Below, in pieces: positions 39,800-47,383 of a stretch of 64,000 bases of DNA. The stretch covers positions 4,285 through 68,284 of the forward strand of contig CALFOM010000095.1 in NCBI GenBank assembly GCA_937919685.1, in the 5' to 3' direction. A model generated the notes under the pieces. It searched no databases, was not told where the DNA came from, and saw only the letters and a program-made list of their open reading frames with translations. Source of the DNA: an uncultured Phycisphaera sp. (GTDB taxonomy: Bacteria; Planctomycetota; Phycisphaerae; Phycisphaerales; SM1A02). The first letter of the stretch is position 1, and each line of letters begins with the position of its first letter. The position numbers and the translations under genes were made by a program.

Positions 39800-40855
39800 A
39801 TGTCCGATGCCGAGATGCTCGATCAGAATGAAGTCGACGTATTGCTTGATGCCGTCGAGTCCGGCGATCTGAAGGATGATCAACCCCCGGCGCGGATCTT
39901 CTCTCGGTTCCGCCGCGATCATGAGAAGGTCGAGATCCGGGTCTATGACTTCAAGAGGCCGGAGCGGATCGGCAAGGGCCAGATGCGGACCCTTCGGACG
40001 CTCCATGAGGCCTTCGCGCGAGGATTCGGGGCCCAGATGTCCGGGTTTCTTCGGTCGATCGTGGAAGTTCGCGTCGCCAGCGCCGAGCAGATGACCTATG
40101 CCGAGTTCATCGGCAGCCTGCCCAATCCAACCTGTTTCACGCTGCTGGACTGCCCACCGCTTGGTGGCCAGATTTGCATGGAGGTCAGCCCGCTGGTGGT
40201 CTTTCCATTGGTGGAGCGACTTCTCGGCGGGACCAACCAGAACCTCCTGATCCCGCAGCGTCCGTTGACTGGTATCGAGACTCGGCTGATGCGACGCGTG
40301 CTCGATCTAGGGATGAACGCACTCACCGAGGCCTGGTCCGGTGTCCGGCAGATCGACTTTGGCGTCGCGGCCATGGAGTCCAATCCGCAACTCGTGGAGA
40401 TCGTCCCCCCAAACGAAGTGGTCGTGATGATCGGATTCGAGATCCGGCTGGGAAGTCGCGTCGGCGATGGCGTTGGAACCATGAGCCTCTGCATTCCCTA
40501 CAACGTCATCGAGCCGGTGATGGACGACCTCAGCACCGAGAATTGGTTCGTGGCAGGAAACGGCAGGATCCGTGAAGCCGAGGATGCCATCGTCTCGAAA
40601 CTCCACGATTCGACCGTTCAGATCGAAGCAACGCTCGCCGAGACCTCGATCACCCTGTCGGATCTCGGTCGCCTCGAGGTCGGCGACCTTCTCACCACAG
40701 ATCGCCGGGCGGATCAGCCCGTCCAGGTGAGTGTGGCCGGGCGTCCCAAATTCGAGGCCACCCTCGGCCAGCACCGCGGAATGCGAGCCTTGCGGATCGT
40801 AGATGCCACGAAAGTCAGGAAATCCCAGATTTCGACCCCTTATAGAGCGTCATAA
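39800..40855 (+). CDS. fliM: flagellar motor switch protein FliM
   Basis: ORF 39731..40855, ATG at 39800. Motifs include LDQNEVDVLL, YDFKRPERIGKGQMRTLRTLHEAFARGFGAQMSGFLR, and a C-terminal SpoA-like domain. Confidence 0.85.
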   Translation: MSDAEMLDQNEVDVLLDAVESGDLKDDQPPARIFSRFRRDHEKVEIRVYDFKRPERIGKGQMRTLRTLHEAFARGFGAQMSGFLRSIVEVRVASAEQMTYAEFIGSLPNPTCFTLLDCPPLGGQICMEVSPLVVFPLVERLLGGTNQNLLIPQRPLTGIETRLMRRVLDLGMNALTEAWSGVRQIDFGVAAMESNPQLVEIVPPNEVVVMIGFEIRLGSRVGDGVGTMSLCIPYNVIEPVMDDLSTENWFVAGNGRIREAEDAIVSKLHDSTVQIEATLAETSITLSDLGRLEVGDLLTTDRRADQPVQVSVAGRPKFEATLGQHRGMRALRIVDATKVRKSQISTPYRAS

Positions 40856-41363
40856 CCCGCGGATTCTCCTGAATCGTAGACCATGATGAGCGGGGTGCGG
40901 GTATCCTCCCGGATCGGCCTCGCGTTATCGAGGTCGTGATCCCGTCCGTCGTCCGACGCCGGGTAAGGATGATTCCCGATGCTCGGAAACGCGATTGAAT
41001 TGAGCGCATCGGACCGACACCGCCTCGGGATTCGAGGGTGAGCCAGTTTCTTGGCCATCCCGCTTCCCGTTCCGTCACTGTCGGCGCACGATCAAACCGG
41101 ATTCGCCGGTCCATCGTGGAGGTTCCGATCTCAGACGCTTTGGCGTCCTTGATCGGTTCAGGTTCATCCTTCTTTTCGCTGGAGATCGTCCCCATGAGGT
41201 GACGGTCTTCTACAGGACGGCATCCGATCGCTCGCGATCGGCTCGACGGGCCACGCTCCTTTCATTGGGATGCGTGGCTCGCTTCGTGTGATCGGATCGC
41301 GACCGAGGAACGGGAAGTTGGTGATTCGGCTTACGGGGGGCCGAGATCGATATTGGTTGGTTT

Positions 41364-41381
41364 ATTGATTGATTGATTGAT
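41364..41381. repeat. (ATTG)4 microsatellite placing TGA in all three plus-strand frames, followed by TAA
   Basis: Read directly: attgattgattgattgat-aa. The TGAs at 41366, 41370 and 41374 fall in three different frames. Confidence 0.9.
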
Positions 41382-41412
41382 AACTCATCTCGACAACTCA
41401 AAGGAGAGGCGG

Positions 41413-41442
41413 GTGAAGCCCGTCCGAAGCAGAAAACCATGA
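41413..41442 (+). promoter_or_regulatory. candidate 9-codon uORF (GTG-KPVRSRKP-TGA) translationally coupled to nusA
   Basis: AAGGAGAGG (41401-41409) lies 6 nt upstream of the GTG at 41413. The uORF stop TGA (41440-41442) overlaps the nusA ATG (41439-41441). nusA has no SD of its own (cagaaaacc). Confidence 0.35.
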
Positions 41443-42872
41443 ATCTAGAAACCCTTCGAATCCTCGACTCCATCGCCCGTGATCGAAACATCGATCGAGA
41501 ACTCCTCATCGAGGATCTCGAGCAGGCGATGGTGAGCGCCGCTCGCAAGCACTTCAACTCCCTAGATACCGAAGAGTTTGGCTGCCAGATGGACCGGCTC
41601 AGTGGCGTCATCAGTCTCTGGCGGAACGTCGAAGGCGGCGGCATCGAAGAGATTCCACTCTCGGCGATGGGCCGAATCCCCGCACAAACCGCGAAGCAGG
41701 TGATGATCCAGCGGTTCCGGGAGGACGAGCGAAACAGCCTGCTGGAAGAGTTTGCGAAGCGGCAGGGCGAGGTGGTCACAGGTGCTGCACAGCGATACGA
41801 GGGCGGTGCCCTGGTGGTCCAGGTCGATCGAGCCGAAGGGTTCATGCCTCGGAGTGAACAGATTCCGGGCGAGCAGTTCCACCCGGGAGATCGCGTCCGC
41901 TGTCTGATCCTCGATGTCCGTGATGCGGGCAATCAAGTGAAAATCGTGCTGAGTCGATCGCACCCGGACTTCATCCGCCGGCTCTTCGAGCAGGAGGTTC
42001 CAGAGGTCAGCGAACGCGTCATCGAGATCAAGGCCATGGCTCGGGAGGCGGGATTCCGCACCAAGCTCGCGGTCAGCTCGATCGACTCGAAGGTCGATGC
42101 GGTCGGAGCCTGCGTGGGGGTTCGCGGCAGTCGGATCAGAAACATCGTCGACGAACTCAACGGCGAGAAGATCGACATCGTTCGATGGAACGAATCCAGT
42201 CAGGTTCTCATTGCCAACGCGTTGAAGCCTGCGGAAGTCGAAGAGGTCAGTCTCTGCTTCGAGTTGGGACGAGCCACGATCATCGTTCGCGAGGATCAGT
42301 TGTCTCTCGCGATCGGCAGACGCGGCCAGAACGTCCGCCTTGCGGCGAGATTGACCGGCTGGGACATCGACATCCTCACGCCCGAGGAATTCGCGAAGGG
42401 TCTCGAGAACCTTGAAGTCACCGTGCGTGGCATCGAGGGGATCACGGAAGTGATGCTCGACCGCATGGGTGCCCTTGGCATGATCAGCGTCTTTGACATC
42501 GAAGAGGTCGGGGAAGGCGTGCTCGTGGAAGAGCTCGAACTCACCGACGAATTGGCGGCGACCATCGTGGAACGAGCTGCGGCTCGGGCTCACGAGATCT
42601 CCGAGGAACAGGCGAAGGCCAAGGTGGAAGCGGACGCCAAGGCTGCCGAAGAGCAGTCGGCCGATGCCATTCTCTCGGCAACGGATGCGGATGCGGAATC
42701 GTCCGCCGCGTCGATTCTCGGCGGAGGTCCCGTCGAGTCATCGGCTCCAGCCTCGGTCTCCGACGCGTCACCGGTCGAAACAACCGATGCGGCGGCGGAA
42801 GCCTCCGCTGATGCGTTACTCGGCGCCGGGCCGGCGTCCGAGGATGCCAGCACGACGGACCGGGAGAGCTGA
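41439..42872 (+). CDS. nusA: transcription termination/antitermination factor NusA
   Basis: MNLETLRILDSIARDRNIDRELLIEDLEQAM N-terminus, an S1 domain, two KH domains (GACVGVRGSRIRNIV; AIGRRGQNVRLAARLTGW), HhH repeats and an acidic tail. Confidence 0.92.
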   Translation: MNLETLRILDSIARDRNIDRELLIEDLEQAMVSAARKHFNSLDTEEFGCQMDRLSGVISLWRNVEGGGIEEIPLSAMGRIPAQTAKQVMIQRFREDERNSLLEEFAKRQGEVVTGAAQRYEGGALVVQVDRAEGFMPRSEQIPGEQFHPGDRVRCLILDVRDAGNQVKIVLSRSHPDFIRRLFEQEVPEVSERVIEIKAMAREAGFRTKLAVSSIDSKVDAVGACVGVRGSRIRNIVDELNGEKIDIVRWNESSQVLIANALKPAEVEEVSLCFELGRATIIVREDQLSLAIGRRGQNVRLAARLTGWDIDILTPEEFAKGLENLEVTVRGIEGITEVMLDRMGALGMISVFDIEEVGEGVLVEELELTDELAATIVERAAARAHEISEEQAKAKVEADAKAAEEQSADAILSATDADAESSAASILGGGPVESSAPASVSDASPVETTDAAAEASADALLGAGPASEDASTTDRES

Positions 42873-43022
42873 AAATCCAGTCCCGAAGTAAGACTCGGGG
42901 CTGAAAATGCGTTGGATGGCACCATTCCGAATCAGCGGTGTCGAGTTGGTAAAAAGTGTTCGAGTGATGGATTGACTGACGGTCCGCGGATGTGAAGAAG
43001 AACTATTCGCGAGGAGAACCAT

Positions 43023-45854
43023 GTGTCCAAGAAGAAGACGATCGCCCTGAGAGTGCACACGCTTGCCAAGGAACTTGGGGTGTCCAGCAAGGACATCATC
43101 GCCAAGTGCGTAGCCGAGGACATCCCCGACATCACCAATCACATGTCGGCGGTTTCGGTCGGCCTCTCGCACACCGTGCGAGAGTGGTTCGGCACTGCTG
43201 CAGGGGAGTCGACGGCGGTGGAGACCGCCGCCAAGGTCGACGTCGTGATGGCTAGGGCCAAGGTCAGGAAGTCGACCAAGAAGACGTCCATTGACGACGA
43301 AGGCGATTCGACGACCATGGTCGCCGAGGTGGCAGTCGCCGAACTTCCAGTCGACGAAACAACCATGACAACCATGACGGGCATGACGGGCATGACGGGC
43401 ATGACGGGCATGATGCCGACGAGCGTCGAAGCCGATTCGCCGCCGGAAACCGAGCCGGATCTGCCGTCGATCGTGTCGGACGCGCCGGTTGAACCGGCCG
43501 CGCCTTCGATCGCGGCCTCGACGACCGTAGCACCAGGGACGCCCGGCGAGTCAACGACGCCGATGATGAATGTTCCGACCCGACCGGAGATCATCTTGCC
43601 GGTGGGGCCGAAGCTCGGTCAGCCCACTAAGGTGGCCTTGGCCGGACCGAAGGTCATTCGGGTCGAAAAGCCTGACGAGCTTCCTGCACCTCGGCCTCGC
43701 AGTCAGCAGGGTGGCGGAATGATGTCGAGTGGCGGACCGCGCCGCGGTGGCGGTGCGGGCGAGATGGAGCAGAAGTCGGAGGCGCGTCACGGCGGCGGCG
43801 GACCGGGCGGACCGGGCGGACCGGGTGGACCAGGTGGACCCGGTGCGAAGGGCCGGAGCCCTCGGCGCACCGGCAGCGGTGACGGGCGAACGGGTCGAGC
43901 CGGAACGGGGCTCGGCGAGAAGCAGCCTTTTCAGCCATGGCGTGCTCAGGACTTGGCCGAACGCGATCAGGCCTTGAAGCAATCTCAAGGGTTCTTCAGG
44001 CAACATCGACAGGATCGCATGCGCGGCCGAGGCGGCGGAGGTCTGCGACGCGGTGCGGCGGTCGCGACGAAACCCACTGGTCCCGTCAAGATCTCTGAGC
44101 CGATCATGATTAAGGACCTTTCGGCCGCCACCGGTGTGAAGGGGGCGGAGATTGTGAAGAAGCTCTTCCTCGAAGGCATCCCTGCCACCATCAACTCCGC
44201 GATCGACACCGAACGGGCGATCGAGATCATGATCGAGTACGAGATCGAGTTGCAGGTCGAACAGGCGAAGACCGCTGCCGAGGTGATCGAAGAACGTTTC
44301 AAGACTCGTGAACGCCAAGACGAGCGCCCGCGAAGTCCGATTGTGACGATCCTCGGTCACGTCGATCACGGAAAAACCTCGCTGCTCGACCGGATCCGGA
44401 ATGCCAACGTCGCTTCCGGCGAGGCTGGCGGCATCACGCAGGCCACCAGCGCCTTCCAGGTGCCGGTGACGGCCGGTGAAAAGGAACGCGTCGTCACCTT
44501 CATCGATACGCCCGGTCATGAGGCCTTCACCAACATGCGTGCCCGAGGCGCGAAGGTGACCGACGTCGTGGTGCTCGTCATCGCAGCCGACGACGGAATC
44601 ATGCCGCAGACCGCGGAATCAATCAGTCACGCGAAGGCGGCCGGCGTGACCCTGGTAGTTGCGTTGAACAAGATCGACAAGGCTGAAGCGACCGAAGAGA
44701 ACATCCAGCGAATCTACGGACAACTCGCGGAGCACGAGCTTACTCCCACCGAATGGGGCGGTTCGATCGAAGTCATCAAGACCAGTGCGACCGAAGGCAC
44801 AGGCATCCAGGACCTGCTGGATATTCTCGACTATCAGTCGGACCTGCTCGACCTGAAGGGTGACTTCAAGGGGAATGCTGAAGGAACGGTTCTCGAAGCC
44901 CAGATCGAAGAAGGGCGAGGCCCGGTAGCCCGCATGCTCGTTCAGGAAGGCATGCTCAAGAAGGGCGACTTCATCGTCACGGGCCGCGGCTTCGGACGTG
45001 TGCGGGACATCGTCGATGATCGCGGCAACCGAGTCGAATTCGCTGGTCCGTCCACGCCCGTTGCAATCAGCGGAATCGACCAGTTGCCGGACGCAGGAGA
45101 TCGCTTCTTCGTCGCGAACTCGCTCAAGGAAGCCGAGTCCGCGGCCGAAGAGCGTCGTGGGCTCGAACGAGAACGGGAACTCGCGGCCCCGAAGATCACA
45201 CTCGACAACATCTTCGACCACCTCGAGGAGGGGAAGAAGAAGAATCTGCCACTCGTGGTCAAGGCCGACGTCCAGGGATCCGTCGAAACGCTTCGCGCGG
45301 TTCTCGGAAAGATCGGATCGGAGGAGGTCAAGGTTTCGGTCAAGCATGCCGCAGTCGGGGGAATCAACGAGAGCGACGTCACGCTCGCCGAAGCGACCGG
45401 TGCGATCGTGATCGGATTCAATGTGACGACCACGGCGAAGGCGCGACAGATCGCCGAATCCAAGGGCGTCGACATCCGTCTCTACGACGTCATCTACGAC
45501 GTCACCGACGACGTTCTGAAAGCAGCCTCAGGTCTGCTGGATCCGGAACTGAAACTCGAGGTCCTCGGACATGCCGACGTCAAGGAGGTCTTCAAGGTCT
45601 CCAAGGTTGGTTCCGTTGCTGGTTGCTACGTCACCGACGGCGTGGTGGAGCGAAGTGCTCAGATCCGTGTCACTCGCGACGGCATCGTCGTCGAGAAGGA
45701 CCGACGGCTCAATCAATTGAAGCGATTCAAGGACGATGCCAAGGAGGTCAAGAGCGGTATGGAATGCGGCATGAAGATCGATGGGTACGACGACATCAAG
45801 GTAGGCGACGTTCTGGAGTGTTACAAGACGACCTCCGTGGCCCGGAGCCTTTGA
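43023..45854 (+). CDS. infB: translation initiation factor IF-2
   Basis: The GTG start lies 6 nt after GAGGAG. The N-terminus is VSKKKTIALRVHTLAKELGV. The G-domain has GHVDHGKTSLLD, DTPGH and NKID. The C-terminus has domains III and IV. Confidence 0.95.
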   Translation: MSKKKTIALRVHTLAKELGVSSKDIIAKCVAEDIPDITNHMSAVSVGLSHTVREWFGTAAGESTAVETAAKVDVVMARAKVRKSTKKTSIDDEGDSTTMVAEVAVAELPVDETTMTTMTGMTGMTGMTGMMPTSVEADSPPETEPDLPSIVSDAPVEPAAPSIAASTTVAPGTPGESTTPMMNVPTRPEIILPVGPKLGQPTKVALAGPKVIRVEKPDELPAPRPRSQQGGGMMSSGGPRRGGGAGEMEQKSEARHGGGGPGGPGGPGGPGGPGAKGRSPRRTGSGDGRTGRAGTGLGEKQPFQPWRAQDLAERDQALKQSQGFFRQHRQDRMRGRGGGGLRRGAAVATKPTGPVKISEPIMIKDLSAATGVKGAEIVKKLFLEGIPATINSAIDTERAIEIMIEYEIELQVEQAKTAAEVIEERFKTRERQDERPRSPIVTILGHVDHGKTSLLDRIRNANVASGEAGGITQATSAFQVPVTAGEKERVVTFIDTPGHEAFTNMRARGAKVTDVVVLVIAADDGIMPQTAESISHAKAAGVTLVVALNKIDKAEATEENIQRIYGQLAEHELTPTEWGGSIEVIKTSATEGTGIQDLLDILDYQSDLLDLKGDFKGNAEGTVLEAQIEEGRGPVARMLVQEGMLKKGDFIVTGRGFGRVRDIVDDRGNRVEFAGPSTPVAISGIDQLPDAGDRFFVANSLKEAESAAEERRGLERERELAAPKITLDNIFDHLEEGKKKNLPLVVKADVQGSVETLRAVLGKIGSEEVKVSVKHAAVGGINESDVTLAEATGAIVIGFNVTTTAKARQIAESKGVDIRLYDVIYDVTDDVLKAASGLLDPELKLEVLGHADVKEVFKVSKVGSVAGCYVTDGVVERSAQIRVTRDGIVVEKDRRLNQLKRFKDDAKEVKSGMECGMKIDGYDDIKVGDVLECYKTTSVARSL
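43362..43415 (+). repeat. six in-frame 9-nt units (ACCATGACN / GGCATGACG) inside infB
   Basis: Read directly. They encode TMT-TMT-GMT-GMT-GMT-GMM in the low-complexity N-terminal region. Confidence 0.9.
43800..43844 (+). repeat. five in-frame 9-nt units (GGACCGGGC-like) inside infB
   Basis: Read directly. They encode (GPG)5 within GGGGPGGPGGPGGPGGPGAK. Confidence 0.9.
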
Positions 45855-45863
45855 GACCAGGAT

Positions 45864-46400
45864 ATGGCGAGGCGTCGATTTCAGGAGAACGACCGACAGG
45901 ATCGGGTGCGACCCAAACAGGTTGCGTCGTTGCTGTGCCGTGTCATCCAAGAACGGATCTCCCGGGGATTCGCGGATCCTCGAATTCGAGGGCTCGTTTC
46001 GGTGACGAAGGTCGATCTCTCGGAGAATCTGCAGATCGCCACGATCCTAATCTCCGTGCTTCCCGACAAATACGGGGTTCGCGTCATCGCGGGGCTCAAG
46101 AGCGCCAGCGGCCTCATCAAAAAGACGATCCGGGACGAGACCGCCTTGCGGCGGGTGCCGGAGATTCGTTTCAAGTTGGATGACTCGATCAAGAGTGATG
46201 CCGCATTGGATGCGGCGATCCGTAGCGGAATCGATCCCCTCGAGTGGGATCGGCTCCAGAAAAAGAACGATGAGTCGGACGGGTCGAATCTATCAGGTGA
46301 TTCGACGGGGCAGGACGTTCCTGTCGACGTCGACTTTCCCAGCAACGCTTTCGACGACGACCTCGGTCGTCCGCCGGAAGACCCCGAGGTGACTTCGTGA
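45864..46400 (+). CDS. rbfA: ribosome-binding factor A with a C-terminal extension
   Basis: RVRPKQVASLLCRVIQERISRGFADPRIRGLVSVTKVDLSENLQIATILISV and RRVPEIRFKLDDS are typical of RbfA. About 55 extra acidic residues follow. Confidence 0.85.
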   Translation: MARRRFQENDRQDRVRPKQVASLLCRVIQERISRGFADPRIRGLVSVTKVDLSENLQIATILISVLPDKYGVRVIAGLKSASGLIKKTIRDETALRRVPEIRFKLDDSIKSDAALDAAIRSGIDPLEWDRLQKKNDESDGSNLSGDSTGQDVPVDVDFPSNAFDDDLGRPPEDPEVTS

Positions 46401-47383
46401 AGATCAAATGGGCGAGGCCCGCCAAACTTTCGGCACTCCTGAAGAAGCATCATCCGTCGGCGGAAAAAGGCGATCCTTCAGATGCCTTGGCGCCGGAGGA
46501 TCCGATCTTGGTCCTTATTCACGCTTGGCTCCTCTGGGAGGCCAGCAGTGAGCAGGCCGAGACGGCGATGGCGAGCTTGATGGCGTCGCGGGTCGATGTC
46601 AACGAAATGCGCGTCTCCCTTCCTCACGAACTCGCACCGGCCGTCGGGAAGGGGTACCCGCGTCTGGAAGAACGTCTCACGGGTCTCAAGAAGTCGCTCC
46701 ATTCGATCTATCTTCGACGCCATGAGATTTCTCTGAACTACGTCCGAGAGAAGGGGAAACGCGATGCGAAGGCCGAGATCGAAAGTCTCGACGGCATCAA
46801 TCCCTTCGTCTCAGCTCGGGTGCTTCGGCTCTCATTCGGCGTGCATGCCATGCCGGCTGACGAGCAGCTGTCATTGCTCTTGCACGAACTCGGCGTGATC
46901 GATGAAGCGGTTGAACACGAGATTCTCGCGACCTGGCTTGCCTCCGTAGTGAAGGTTGGCGACGGTCATTCCGCGATTGCGGCATTGCAGGCGGCGGTCG
47001 ATGCCGCCTGGGCCAACGGGACGATGGTCAAACTTGCTGGGAAGCGACGTCCGCCGAAGCCGCCGCAACCGAAGGTCGTCGTGGTGGAAGCGGAGGAAGT
47101 CATCGAGAAGATGAATTCTGCATCAATGAAGAAAGCCGCCGCCCAGACCCCGGTGACCAAGAAGTCTGAGGCCAAGAAGGCAGCTGTCAAGAAGCCTGCG
47201 GCGAAGAAGGCCGCCACGAAGAAGACGGCAGTCAAGAAACCTGTCGCGAAGAAGGCCGGAACGACGAAGTCGCCCACCAAGAAATCCACGACCGAAAAGT
47301 CTGGTGCGAAGAAAGTCGCGAAGAAGACCGCGAAACGCAACACGTCACGACCGATTTCGGTGGCACGGAAGCGGGTTGGCTGA
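46397..47383 (+). CDS. hypothetical protein: EndoIII/HhH-GPD-like N-terminal domain plus histone-H1-like Lys/Ala-rich tail
   Basis: The GTG overlaps the rbfA stop (GTGA). [39 protein letters not shown] resembles an HhH-GPD hairpin. The C-terminal roughly 75 aa are [30 protein letters not shown]-type repeats. Confidence 0.65.
   Translation: MKIKWARPAKLSALLKKHHPSAEKGDPSDALAPEDPILVLIHAWLLWEASSEQAETAMASLMASRVDVNEMRVSLPHELAPAVGKGYPRLEERLTGLKKSLHSIYLRRHEISLNYVREKGKRDAKAEIESLDGINPFVSARVLRLSFGVHAMPADEQLSLLLHELGVIDEAVEHEILATWLASVVKVGDGHSAIAALQAAVDAAWANGTMVKLAGKRRPPKPPQPKVVVVEAEEVIEKMNSASMKKAAAQTPVTKKSEAKKAAVKKPAAKKAATKKTAVKKPVAKKAGTTKSPTKKSTTEKSGAKKVAKKTAKRNTSRPISVARKRVG

Noticed and set aside
41562-42593. 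343-aa minus-strand ORF, and the 240-aa ORF at 41210-41932
   Set aside because: They are antisense to nusA and have low-complexity, Arg/Ser/Asp-rich composition.
43362-43844. Short tandem arrays considered as possible CRISPR-like repeats, together with those at 2275-2311 and 41364-41381
   Set aside because: The units are 4-10 nt, directly abutting and without spacers. Two of the arrays are in-frame coding repeats. None is a CRISPR array.
43551-44519. 322-aa minus-strand ORF, plus the minus-strand ORFs at 44619-45347 and 44942-45475
   Set aside because: They are antisense to infB (IF-2 G-domain and C-terminal domains).
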